Shown here: positions 14,750-26,313 of the stretch, one piece after another
How positions within the stretch are numbered: the stretch's first letter is position 1
Layout of the letters: every line of letters begins with the position of its first letter
NCBI GenBank assembly: GCA_902795745.1
Contig: CADBMG010000057.1
Location: 1 to 35,513 of the forward strand
Source of the DNA: an uncultured Pseudomonadota bacterium
Lineage (GTDB): Bacteria; Pseudomonadota; Alphaproteobacteria; RF32; CAG-239
Reading direction: 5' to 3'
DNA length: 35,513 bases
Notes under the pieces: model-generated
Databases searched by the model: none
Seen by the model: the letters and a program-made list of their open reading frames with translations, nothing else
What the model was told of the DNA's origin: nothing
Made by a program: the position numbers and the translations under genes

Positions 14750-16465
14750 TTAAAAATGCGATACAATATTAATATACGGTCTGATACCTAAATTTTTCTT
14801 AAAATTGGCTATATATTCATTCATTTCTTTCCATGCAGTCCAACGATCAACAAAAACTTTGGCCGTTTCCGGTGATTTAGAAAGTTGAACTTTAATTATT
14901 TCTTTTAACAATTCTTGACATCCTGACTGCATTTTATCGAAATCTATGTGCAATTTTTTATTGTCATCAAACCAAAATGCACCGTATTCGCTCAAGAAAT
15001 TATATTCAATCAAATCAGCCACTCGGTGTGCTTCCATATCTGCCGGAAAAGCAATCATAAAGTGGCGACGAATAATCCATGTGGTATAGATTTTTTTAAG
15101 CAGTTCGTCGTTGATAATACCATTTTTAACGTACTGTGGCATCATTGCAGCGGAAATAACGTCAGCCTTGTGTTCTTCAATAATATGTTGATAAACTCCG
15201 AGAGCAGTTTGATAACTGCTGTCCGGTCCGAGCGAATGTCCGTTTTCGTGCCCTATGGTAAACAAATGATCTGCCTCTTCATCATAGTATTTATGCAAAT
15301 CAGCAGAAACGAGACCATCAAGAATCTTTTTAATTTTTTCTTTATCGGAACCGGCTCTTACCTGACGATGATAAACATTACGTCGTCCACCGCCGTGTGA
15401 CAATGCCGGTTTGTCGTTGTTAGGCAGATTTTGCGCTGTGGTAATACCTCCGCGACACAAAGCATAATCACCGGTTAGTGCAACAATATCGGCATCTACC
15501 ATAGTCTGCTTTAATCCCTTTTTCCCTCCTACGTTTTGTGCATACGTGTTCGAGAAAGGCATTAAATCGGCTAATTTAATCATTTCATCTTTAAATTTTA
15601 ACAGTAATTCTGTTCCTTTTTTATTAACAATTCCGACACGAATGCCAAGCATATCTTTGGGCACAGGTTTAATGTTGAGTTTGTTCAAACGCGCACAAAG
15701 TTCTTTATTGGTAAATATTTTAGGCGTCAGCTTATCGTCATAGTTTTCACGACTGATTGTAAATTCCAAAGGCGTGTCTTGCATTTGCGCCCAATGTTTA
15801 TCAGCCAAAATATCCATTTCTTCATTGTTTTGCAACAATGCTTGCGCCTGCCAACCAAGGTAATCTTTAAACAATTCATCTGTCGTAAAATGAGCGGCAC
15901 ATTCCAATTCATTAGCTATTTCTGAGAATTCATCAGCAAAATATTCTGTATAATCAATAGCTTTTAATTCATTGCCTTCGCGACGAACCATTGTTCTGGC
16001 ACTTAAAATTTTCTGTACTTGTTCCGTTTTTCCAGCATCAAGCATTTGACCTATAATGGTAAAAAGTTCTTGCTCGTCTAAATCGGTGGGGTAAAAATTG
16101 CGACCTTCATAAGCATGAATACCTTCAAATATTTCTACCGGTTCCTTATCCAATCCGTTATATCCGACTACACCGTTGAGAGAATTAAATAACTTTAAGG
16201 CATCCGCGGCATAAGAACTATCGGCAGCAGCAACTTCCAAGGCCTGTTTTTGCGTTAAATTGAGAGGATGATCCATTTCCAAAGCAACATCATTCATAAT
16301 TTTTGCGGCATTTACTAAGTATCTCAAAGCTTTTTTATCTCCATCACTGAGTTCCAAATAACTTTGATTGTTCTCATCTATCAGCTCAATTTTTCGCATT
16401 TGGTTTTCAATGCGATTATGTAAATCTGCTTCGTCGATATTAATTTTAAATCCGTTAATTTTCAT
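14750..16465 (-). CDS. Zinc hydrolase of the M49/DPP3-like family (NUDT3 C-terminal-domain type)
   Basis: HENGHSLGP (HExxH variant) followed by EEHKAD, matching the two zinc-binding motifs of DPP3-like enzymes. Length 571 aa. Confidence 0.6.
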   Translation of the reverse strand: MKINGFKINIDEADLHNRIENQMRKIELIDENNQSYLELSDGDKKALRYLVNAAKIMNDVALEMDHPLNLTQKQALEVAAADSSYAADALKLFNSLNGVVGYNGLDKEPVEIFEGIHAYEGRNFYPTDLDEQELFTIIGQMLDAGKTEQVQKILSARTMVRREGNELKAIDYTEYFADEFSEIANELECAAHFTTDELFKDYLGWQAQALLQNNEEMDILADKHWAQMQDTPLEFTISRENYDDKLTPKIFTNKELCARLNKLNIKPVPKDMLGIRVGIVNKKGTELLLKFKDEMIKLADLMPFSNTYAQNVGGKKGLKQTMVDADIVALTGDYALCRGGITTAQNLPNNDKPALSHGGGRRNVYHRQVRAGSDKEKIKKILDGLVSADLHKYYDEEADHLFTIGHENGHSLGPDSSYQTALGVYQHIIEEHKADVISAAMMPQYVKNGIINDELLKKIYTTWIIRRHFMIAFPADMEAHRVADLIEYNFLSEYGAFWFDDNKKLHIDFDKMQSGCQELLKEIIKVQLSKSPETAKVFVDRWTAWKEMNEYIANFKKNLGIRPYINIVSHF

Positions 16466-17684
16466 TTTTTATCTCCACTGCCTTAAATTTGTAATATTTA
16501 AATTCCGATTCATTCAATTTACCAATAATTCCTGCTTTTGATTTTAGGCGACTGATAATTTCAGTCCATTCCGTCGGTCTTTCATTTGCTAAAATCAGTG
16601 ATTTGTATCCTTTATAGAACAAATAAACACCGTCATCAACATCTAAATCTGCCACTTGCGGTATAATTTCTTCCTTATCGGTTAATAAGTAAAGTTTGAC
16701 ATTTTTTGCATCAATATTTTTGTGTACAAAACGTTGCGCCATACGAACCAAAGCAACAACAATGCCTGTATTATCAGCCACTTTTTCAAAAGTATCGCTC
16801 TTGGCATAAAGTGTACCGCGATCATATAGCCGATATGTGTCTTCTGATTTCAGCGGCCACATAGGAGGGAGATTATCTTTGCTGCGAGCTAAATTTATGT
16901 TGAACCAATACCATAAAGAAACTCCATAACGTTGAACATATTGTTGCAAATTGTATTTTTGCTTTATAGGTAAAGGTTGTTCTTGGTTGTTTTGCATAGC
17001 AAATAATGCCGAATAATCTTTTTCCAATGCCTGAGCAATTTGTGTATCAATCACATCAAATACATTCATATTAAAGTGATATTTCTGCGCAAAATTAATT
17101 GCCTTATCAACTAAAATGTCATTTTTATCTGTCAGATTTGTCAGCATAACAACCATATTTTGCGGTTGTTGCAAATAGCTTTCTATTGCCTTTTCAATAT
17201 GCTCTTCGTTCTTGTTAAGCTCTAATGTAACGATATCAGTCGGTTTTATCACACTATCCAGAAGAGTTGCATGACCTGACAAGTCACTACGGCCAGCGTG
17301 AACCAGTGCAATTTTGGTAATTTTATTATATTTACGTATTTCTCGGTAAAGTCGTTCGACAACTTCTATACTGTCCTGATTTAAAAATTTGGGAACAATA
17401 ACTATTTTAACATGTTTTTTTTTGTAATTTGCCGAATGATTCAAATACATAGAAACATTATCTTGCAGCATGTTTTTATCAGAATAGAAAATAGCTGCTA
17501 TAACGGGTTTTATTTCGTTTTTTGTTTCGCGTACACGACCATATTCAACGGCTTTTTCATAGTTGGCAAAAATATTGTGATTAAAGCGTTGCCAATTGAT
17601 GTGTCCAATCATTGCGGCAAAGATTAATAATGTGCCCCAAAAACAGATTTTCTTTATTAAAATACCGGTTTTGCGCTTGGCCAT
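16455..17684 (-). CDS. N-terminally membrane-anchored protein (409 aa), unknown function
   Basis: GGAGAA lies 5 nt upstream of the ATG. One N-terminal TM helix (ICFWGTLLIFAAMIG). No catalytic motif recognised. The stop overlaps the downstream start by 11 nt. Confidence 0.55.
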   Translation of the reverse strand: MAKRKTGILIKKICFWGTLLIFAAMIGHINWQRFNHNIFANYEKAVEYGRVRETKNEIKPVIAAIFYSDKNMLQDNVSMYLNHSANYKKKHVKIVIVPKFLNQDSIEVVERLYREIRKYNKITKIALVHAGRSDLSGHATLLDSVIKPTDIVTLELNKNEEHIEKAIESYLQQPQNMVVMLTNLTDKNDILVDKAINFAQKYHFNMNVFDVIDTQIAQALEKDYSALFAMQNNQEQPLPIKQKYNLQQYVQRYGVSLWYWFNINLARSKDNLPPMWPLKSEDTYRLYDRGTLYAKSDTFEKVADNTGIVVALVRMAQRFVHKNIDAKNVKLYLLTDKEEIIPQVADLDVDDGVYLFYKGYKSLILANERPTEWTEIISRLKSKAGIIGKLNESEFKYYKFKAVEIKNEN

Positions 17685-17697
17685 TAATTTCTCCGCT

Positions 17698-18324
17698 CTA
17701 TATTTTTACGCCGATTTTTTTCATATTGGTTAAGGCCAAATTTATTGTTCCGTTTTCCAGTGCCTCAACAATAGGTTCGTCCAAAACGGCAACAACAGCT
17801 TTTTTTTCGGTATTTATACGATAATACTGCTCACCGTCTTCATATTCGGTCCAATAACGAATATCTCCGTCATGGTAGAAATTAGCCTGCATATTGGCAT
17901 CAACTTTGTCAAGTGCGGTAATCAGTTTTGCTTCCGGTGTTTGTTTTTTTTCATATTCTTGATACAAATCCCATATTTTTTGCTTCATTGGTTCATCTAA
18001 TATGGCACAATATTTTTGCATTGCCGCTAATTCTTCGGCGTCCTTTTTAGCCTTAATTTCCGGATGAGCTCGCTGCATTGCTTTCGGATAATCTCCTGTT
18101 TCCGCCTCAGCTATATCATGTACCAATGCTAATTCCAAAAGGCGCGAATAATTATATTCATGCCTTAAATACGGATATATCAGCATGACCATAAATGCCA
18201 GTTTAAAGCTATGGGACGAATCGGTTTCAATCGTACCGTCAGAGAGCAAAGTGGCGCGCTTGACCAAGCAAACTTTATCAAGCACGCGCATAAAATCAAA
18301 TATTCTCTCAACTTTACTTTGCAT
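17698..18324 (-). CDS. HD-domain phosphohydrolase (YfbR-like 5'-nucleotidase family)
   Basis: H...HD...D signature: SHSFKLA ... LALVHDIAEAETGD. Confidence 0.75.
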   Translation of the reverse strand: MQSKVERIFDFMRVLDKVCLVKRATLLSDGTIETDSSHSFKLAFMVMLIYPYLRHEYNYSRLLELALVHDIAEAETGDYPKAMQRAHPEIKAKKDAEELAAMQKYCAILDEPMKQKIWDLYQEYEKKQTPEAKLITALDKVDANMQANFYHDGDIRYWTEYEDGEQYYRINTEKKAVVAVLDEPIVEALENGTINLALTNMKKIGVKI

Positions 18325-19594
18325 TTTTACCGATAAACTTCTTTCCGCCTAAATATGGTTGTAACTTGGCAGGAATTCTTACCGTGCCGTCAGCTTGCTG
18401 ATGATTTTCAATGAACGGAACTAACGCGCGCGGAGTAGCAATACCGGTGTTGTTTAAGGTATGACAATATTGCATCTTGCCATCGTTGCCGCGATAGCGC
18501 AGATTGGTGCGACGAGCCTGCCAATCGGTGATATTGGAGCAAGAATGAGTTTCACGATAGCAATTTTGCGACGGTACCCATGCTTCCAAGTCATATTGGC
18601 GGTATTTCGGTGCACCCATATCTCCGGTGCATACTTCCAAAACTTGATACGGTAATTCCAAATCTTGCAGAATTTCTTCAGAAATCTGCAATAATTTTTT
18701 ATGCCATTTTTCGCTTTCCTCAATATCATTTTTGCAAATAACAAATTGCTCGGTTTTGAAAAATTGATGAACGCGAACCAAACCGCGAGTATCTTTACCG
18801 GCGGCACCTGCCTCGCGACGGAAACAAGGTGAAAATCCGGCATACAAAATCGGTAATTCATTTTCAGTAAGCATTTCATCGGCTCGTAAAGAGTTTAAAA
18901 TCAGTTCAGCTGTTCCGGAAAGATAAATATCATCAGCCGGCATATAATAAATTTCATCACGAGCAAAAGGTAAATAGCCCTGATTATATAAAGGTTTTTC
19001 TTTAGATAAAGCCGGTACGGTAATCAGCGTAAAACCATTTTCGCGCAATTTATCCATAACTAACATATGAATGGCTAATTCTAACTGAGCCAAATCGTTT
19101 TTAATAGCATAAGTACGCGAACCAGATACTTTGGCAATGCGCTCCATTTCACTCCAATCGTTCATTTCCATAAGTTCGACATGATCTTTAGGTTCAAAAT
19201 CAAAATGAGGAATTTCGCCTACCTTGCGACGGACAACATTTGCACTGTCATCAGGACCGTCAGGACTTTCGGCACTCGGGTAATTCGGCATTCTGAGCAT
19301 CATATCTTCGAATTTGGTTTGTATGACGGCTAATTGCTCCTGTTCGGCCTTTAATTGTTCACCGACTTCACGGCTTTTAGCAATAATCGTCGGACGTTCT
19401 TCGGCACTTGCAGATTTAATAGAGTTGCTCAGCTTGTTTTTTTCTTCAGCTAATGCTTGTGATGAAGTTTTAAGTTTATTCATCTCTAAATATGTTTTCA
19501 ATAGCTCATCAACTTTATCTGTCTCAAAACCTTTTCGTTTCAAGCTGTTTTTTACCCAATCGGTATTGTCTGCAATAAATTTAATATCTAACAT
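18314..19594 (-). CDS. serS: Seryl-tRNA synthetase
   Basis: N-terminal MLDIKFI... coiled-coil arm. Class II motif 2 is FSPCFRREAGAAGKDTRGLVRVHQF. The start was moved to ATG 19594 because the track start 19648 adds a non-conserved extension. Confidence 0.9.
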   Translation of the reverse strand: MLDIKFIADNTDWVKNSLKRKGFETDKVDELLKTYLEMNKLKTSSQALAEEKNKLSNSIKSASAEERPTIIAKSREVGEQLKAEQEQLAVIQTKFEDMMLRMPNYPSAESPDGPDDSANVVRRKVGEIPHFDFEPKDHVELMEMNDWSEMERIAKVSGSRTYAIKNDLAQLELAIHMLVMDKLRENGFTLITVPALSKEKPLYNQGYLPFARDEIYYMPADDIYLSGTAELILNSLRADEMLTENELPILYAGFSPCFRREAGAAGKDTRGLVRVHQFFKTEQFVICKNDIEESEKWHKKLLQISEEILQDLELPYQVLEVCTGDMGAPKYRQYDLEAWVPSQNCYRETHSCSNITDWQARRTNLRYRGNDGKMQYCHTLNNTGIATPRALVPFIENHQQADGTVRIPAKLQPYLGGKKFIGKNAK

Positions 19595-19690
19595 TATTTT
19601 AGCCTTATAAAAAATTAAACCTGCCAAATTATATGACATTTGGCACAAATTACAACAAATTTAATCTGTTTTTCTACCGTTTACCGCTTA

Positions 19691-19852
19691 TTACTTACTT
19701 AGCATCGGAAGTAAATAATAAAATGCGAACCATCCTAATCCGCAAAGTACGGCAATACCAAATAAATAAAATGGAATTTTAATTAAAAAACGTAAAATGT
19801 AGAGTCCGATAATTGCAGCTACGGCAAAGATCAAAATTGTTGACATACTCAT
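19691..19852 (-). CDS. Untracked 53-aa two-helix membrane protein (MSMSTILIFAVAAIIGLYILRFLIKIPFYLFGIAVLCGLGWFAFYYLLPMLSK)
   Basis: AAGGAG lies 7 nt upstream of the ATG. Two hydrophobic stretches. It fills the gap between lptF/G and serS. Confidence 0.55.
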   Translation of the reverse strand: MSMSTILIFAVAAIIGLYILRFLIKIPFYLFGIAVLCGLGWFAFYYLLPMLSK

Positions 19853-19873
19853 TTTTATTCTCCTTGTTAAATA

Positions 19874-20983
19874 TTATACTTCATCTGTTCTAATCAATAA
19901 AGAGATGCTTGTCAGTAAAATAATAATTGTCGGTACTGAAACAGCGAGCCATACCGGAATGTATCCGTTAACCCCGAAAGCATAAACTACCTGCGATAAA
20001 AAGTAGATGGAAAATCCGGTGGCGACACTGATGACAACACGCCAAATTATAGCTGAGCCACGTAAAGTATTTTGTAGCATAAACACAGCGGCCATCAAGA
20101 GCATTCCTACTAATAAGAAGGGTGATAAAAGTAAATTTAAGTAACGCATCCAATGCATTCTTGCCGAAAAACCTGAACTTTCATAAAAGGCAATGGTATC
20201 GGGTAACTGCCAAAAAGAAATAGTATCCGGTTCAATGAAATTTTCTTTTATCCGTTGCGAATCTATACTTGTTTTATAGGTATAATCAGTCATTTTTTCT
20301 ACCGGTTTACCCTCGGTCATTTTTTTGACATCTTTCAAGTGAAAAGTCTTACCCTTTAGGGTTGCAAAATATGCTTCATAAGATTCGGTAATTTGCGAAG
20401 CACTGTTAATTTCAGTAATGCTTATATCTCGCATCCAAAGTAAATTGTCTTTTTCTTGGCGAACAGTCTTAGCCTGAATAAGTAAAACGTGTTCATCATC
20501 AATAGCTTCTCTAATCCATAAACCTTTACTCGAAAAAAGTACGGCATTCGGATTATGCGATGTAAGTTGATAGCTCAATATTTGATGCCATTCAAACAGT
20601 TTTGAAGTAATCGGATTAAGAATCGTGATATTTATTAAGCCGAGAATAAAAATAGCAATAATCAGTGGTCGCAAAAAGCCGAAAATAGAAACTCCCGAAG
20701 TACGAATTACCACAAATTCATTGTTTTTGCTCAATTTCCAAAATGTTATCATTGCGGCTACCATTACTACAAATGGAATTACAATTTCAACTGTTTTAGC
20801 GATGCGTGTAACGGCATACTGGGCCGTAAACCACAAATTCACATCTTCTCGACCGGAAACGCGACGTAATGCTTCAATAGAATCAAAAAGCAAAATTATG
20901 CCCAAAATGGCCAAAAATACCATTAAAAAGTTACCAATCAATTGCTTTGTTATGTAGCGGCTGAGAATATCAAAAAACTTCAT
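19874..20983 (-). CDS. lptG: LptF/LptG family LPS export permease
   Basis: YjgP/YjgQ-like N-terminus (FFDILSRYITKQLIGNFLMVF), six TM helices and a large periplasmic loop. ATG 20983 was chosen over 21016. Confidence 0.7.
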   Translation of the reverse strand: MKFFDILSRYITKQLIGNFLMVFLAILGIILLFDSIEALRRVSGREDVNLWFTAQYAVTRIAKTVEIVIPFVVMVAAMITFWKLSKNNEFVVIRTSGVSIFGFLRPLIIAIFILGLINITILNPITSKLFEWHQILSYQLTSHNPNAVLFSSKGLWIREAIDDEHVLLIQAKTVRQEKDNLLWMRDISITEINSASQITESYEAYFATLKGKTFHLKDVKKMTEGKPVEKMTDYTYKTSIDSQRIKENFIEPDTISFWQLPDTIAFYESSGFSARMHWMRYLNLLLSPFLLVGMLLMAAVFMLQNTLRGSAIIWRVVISVATGFSIYFLSQVVYAFGVNGYIPVWLAVSVPTIIILLTSISLLIRTDEV

Positions 20984-21926
20984 TAAAATCTTCCTCCGCT
21001 GTGTTGAAAAACTCATCGGTTAAATAGCGTTCGATACTGTCAGGCAGAACAACAACCACTGTTTTTTCGCTCATTTCATCTCTTTGTGCTAAATTGATTG
21101 CACCGCATAAAGCCGCTGCCGCCGAAACTCCGACCGGCAAACCCTCATTGCGGGCGATAAATCGGCTCATTTTGAATGCTTCATTGGTAGAAACGGTATA
21201 TATTTCATCAACCAGCTTTTTATCATAAAGCGGAGGAATAAATCCTGCTCCGATACCTCCTATTCGGTGTGTTCCTTTGGGCTTTCCGCTCAAAACGGCA
21301 CTTTCTGCCGGTTCAACCGCCATTACGTATAAATCTGGAATGCACGATTTTAAGGTTGAGGCAACACCGGTCAGGGTACCGGAAGTACCTACACCGCAAA
21401 CAAAAGCGTCAACATTGCCTCCGGTATCTTGTAAAATTTCGGCACCGGTAGTCAATTTATGCGCTTCGACATTGGCTTGATTTTCAAATTGACGGAATTC
21501 TATTAAATTCGGAGAGCGTTCTTTTAATATTTCTACCTTTTTGATTGCGCCGGCCATGCCTTCGCTTGCCGGAGTAAGCATAACCTCTGCTCCAAAGTGG
21601 CGAATAAGCGCAATTTTTTCCGGAGCCATATTTTCCGGCATAACGATAACCAGCTTATAACCTCGTGCTGCGCAAAAAGCAGCCAAACCAATTCCCGTAT
21701 TGCCGGAAGTCGCTTCGATAAATACCGTATCTGCGTTAATTTTACTGAACGGTGCTTTGTTTATCATATTGAGAGCAACACGATCTTTGATTGAAAATAT
21801 CGGATTATAAAATTCGCATTTTGCCAATAAATCCGCTTTTAATGAACACTTACGCATTACGTTGTTCAGTCGCAAAAGCGGTGTTTTACCCACCATCTCT
21901 TCCAGCGAATCGTATATCTTTGACAT
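20970..21926 (-). CDS. cysK: Cysteine synthase A (O-acetylserine sulfhydrylase)
   Basis: PLP lysine motif NPIFSIKDR. TSGNTGIGLA. AGGAG lies 6 nt upstream. Confidence 0.9.
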   Translation of the reverse strand: MSKIYDSLEEMVGKTPLLRLNNVMRKCSLKADLLAKCEFYNPIFSIKDRVALNMINKAPFSKINADTVFIEATSGNTGIGLAAFCAARGYKLVIVMPENMAPEKIALIRHFGAEVMLTPASEGMAGAIKKVEILKERSPNLIEFRQFENQANVEAHKLTTGAEILQDTGGNVDAFVCGVGTSGTLTGVASTLKSCIPDLYVMAVEPAESAVLSGKPKGTHRIGGIGAGFIPPLYDKKLVDEIYTVSTNEAFKMSRFIARNEGLPVGVSAAAALCGAINLAQRDEMSEKTVVVVLPDSIERYLTDEFFNTAEEDFNEVF

Positions 21927-21947
21927 ATTGCTCTCCTGCCTTAAAAA

Positions 21948-22616
21948 CTATTTTGGGGCGTTTTTTACTTCGTCAATTAAACTCTGAGTAAAATCTTTCA
22001 GACCGGTTTGACGTACACGCTTCAAGCGTTCGGCGAAAAAGATTTTTTTAATGGTTTCGGCAGCCTGTTCCGGATTAAGGCAGATTACAACGTAATCGTA
22101 TTCGGTCCAATGTTCCATTTTTTCCAAAACCAAATTCATACGTTTATTAATAGTTTCAATACTGTCGGTATGGCGTCCTTCCAAACGACGGCGTAATTCT
22201 TTGATTGATGGCGGCAACATATAAATGGAAACGACATCTTTCGGTGCTTTTTCTTTAACTTGGCGCATACCAAGCCAATCCATATCAAAAATAACGTCTT
22301 GTCCCACATTCAAAAAACTGTCGACTTCCGAACGCAACGTTCCGTAGCGGTGGCCGTATTGTGAATTAACCGTTTCATAAAAGGCATCTTGCGCTAAAAG
22401 TTTATCATATTCGGCGTCGGTAACATATTTATAATCTACACCGTTTACTTCGCCTTCGCGACGTTCACGCGTAGTAACCGATACTGAGAATTTTAAATTT
22501 TTATCTTCTTCCAATAATTTTTTTATAACCGTTGTTTTACCTGTTCCCGACGGTGCTTCAATAACAAACATAACACCGCGACGAACTTTATCCAATTGTT
22601 CTAAAATATCAGTCAT
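21948..22616 (-). CDS. gmk: Guanylate kinase
   Basis: P-loop EAPSGTGKTT. The start is set at ATG 22616 (GAGGAAG upstream), because the track start 22793 would run across the divergent promoter. Confidence 0.85.
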   Translation of the reverse strand: MTDILEQLDKVRRGVMFVIEAPSGTGKTTVIKKLLEEDKNLKFSVSVTTRERREGEVNGVDYKYVTDAEYDKLLAQDAFYETVNSQYGHRYGTLRSEVDSFLNVGQDVIFDMDWLGMRQVKEKAPKDVVSIYMLPPSIKELRRRLEGRHTDSIETINKRMNLVLEKMEHWTEYDYVVICLNPEQAAETIKKIFFAERLKRVRQTGLKDFTQSLIDEVKNAPK

Positions 22617-22703
22617 ATCTTCCTCTTGCAAAATAAATCGTCTTGCATTATAAAACAAATAGTATTGATATTGCAACATTAAATTTGGCGGAAAGGACAG
22701 ATT

Positions 22704-23462
22704 ATGACGATTTTTTCCAATATTCTTATTACCGGAGCATCTTCCGGCATCGGCGAAGCGTTGGCAATATATTATGCCGAACATGGTGCGCATTACTTAT
22801 TTTTAGGGGGACGTAATGCTGAACGCTTGGCTCAGGTTAAGGAAAAATGCGAATCGTACGGAGCTGTTGTGCAAACGGCGCAAATAGATGTTACAAATCG
22901 CGAACAAATGGCAAAATGGTTGGCTGCTTGTAATGAGCTTGCTCCTATTGATGCTGTGTTTGCCAATGCGGGTATTTCTACCGGCGAAGAGACAACAGAT
23001 AATATTTACCGCACATTTGATACTAATGTTATAGGGGTATTAAATACGATTATTCCGGCTGTGGAAATCTATCGCAATCAAAAAATAGGCATGAAAACAA
23101 TTGTTCTCACATCATCTATTGCCGGTTATCACGGTTTGGCGACTTGTCCGTCATATAGTGCAACAAAGGCTTGCATAAAAGCATACGGAGAAGCACTTCG
23201 TAATCAATTAAGACCGGAAGGCATACAGGTAAATGTGGTGTGTCCCGGGTTTGTGAAATCTCGAATTACCGATAAAAACACTTGTCCGATGCCGTTTTTT
23301 ATGAGTGCTGAGAAAGCAGCACAAATTATTGCCGAACGTGTAGCCGCAGATGTGGGATTAATTGCCTTTCCATGGCCTATGCGTTTTGCGGCATGGCTGA
23401 TTTCCATTTTGCCGAATCGCATCAGTGACTGTATTTATGCATCATTACCACATAAAGTGTAA
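22704..23462 (+). CDS. Short-chain dehydrogenase/reductase (SDR)
   Basis: TGASSGIG cofactor motif and catalytic YSATKA (YxxxK). Confidence 0.85.
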   Translation: MTIFSNILITGASSGIGEALAIYYAEHGAHYLFLGGRNAERLAQVKEKCESYGAVVQTAQIDVTNREQMAKWLAACNELAPIDAVFANAGISTGEETTDNIYRTFDTNVIGVLNTIIPAVEIYRNQKIGMKTIVLTSSIAGYHGLATCPSYSATKACIKAYGEALRNQLRPEGIQVNVVCPGFVKSRITDKNTCPMPFFMSAEKAAQIIAERVAADVGLIAFPWPMRFAAWLISILPNRISDCIYASLPHKV

Positions 23463-25574
<2,112 letters not shown>

Positions 25575-25676
25575 GCAAAAAAGCGGCGTGTCGTGCAAAG
25601 CAAAACTCTTGTTGCTATATCAGTATAAACCTCAGTCATAGCAATATCTTGACACTATGGAAATTTACCAGTCTTT

Positions 25677-26267
25677 TTACCACAAAACTTTCAGACGATT
25701 TTCCAATGGTTCAAAAGTTTTTTCAGTAGCCGGCTCTTTTATTTTTCCGAAAGGCATTTGTGCCATAATTTTCCATGTTTGCGGCAAATTAAATTGCTTA
25801 TATAATTCATCTTCTACCAAATTGCCGTAATGTTGCAACGATGCCCCGATATTATTTTCCGCCAACACTTGCCAAATCATATATTGTAAAATAGCGTTAG
25901 ATTGCTGATTCCAATCCCACATCGATTTGGCATAAAGAGCAAATTTTTGCTGCATTTGTGTCAAAACGGCTTGATCCTCAAAAAACAGTATTGTCCCTTT
26001 ACCGTTTGCAAAATTATTAAGGCGTTTTACGGCTGCTTCAAGTCTATCCGACGGCGAAACTTTTTCTATTGCGGCTTTTACCATTTGCCAGAATTGTTTA
26101 TGCTTTTCGGCAAATAAGATAACTACACGTGCCGATTGCGAATTAAATGCTGTAGGACAATGTTTTATACATTGTTCTACCTGTTTAATAATATCTTCGT
26201 CAGACAGAACAGTGTCTGCATCCAAGGCATAAATAGAACGTCTTAACGATAATGAATCTTTCAGCAT
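25677..26267 (-). CDS. Nitroreductase family protein
   Basis: N-terminus LRRSIYALD...CPTAFNSQSARVVILF is typical of the family. Length 196 aa. Confidence 0.7.
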   Translation of the reverse strand: MLKDSLSLRRSIYALDADTVLSDEDIIKQVEQCIKHCPTAFNSQSARVVILFAEKHKQFWQMVKAAIEKVSPSDRLEAAVKRLNNFANGKGTILFFEDQAVLTQMQQKFALYAKSMWDWNQQSNAILQYMIWQVLAENNIGASLQHYGNLVEDELYKQFNLPQTWKIMAQMPFGKIKEPATEKTFEPLENRLKVLW

Positions 26268-26313
26268 ATTTTTTTCTCCTGTGGCTTAAAAAATAATTTT
26301 CCGGTACAGAATT

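Noticed and set aside
14948-15400. A 150-aa ORF antisense to the M49-like hydrolase gene
   Set aside because: The sense frame carries the zinc-binding motifs, and the antisense product is rich in F, I and N.
19595-19648. N-terminal extensions in the ORF track for serS (19648), gmk (22793), lptF/G (21016), the efflux TetR (35027) and the His-rich protein (1735)
   Set aside because: In each case an internal ATG has a proper SD and begins the conserved N-terminus. The extensions read through promoters or neighbouring genes.
25575-25676. A weak hairpin (TTGCTAT-N19-ATAGCAA) between the convergent ligA and nitroreductase genes
   Set aside because: The loop is long, the stem is AT-rich and there is no T-tract, so it is not convincing as a terminator or an RNA element.
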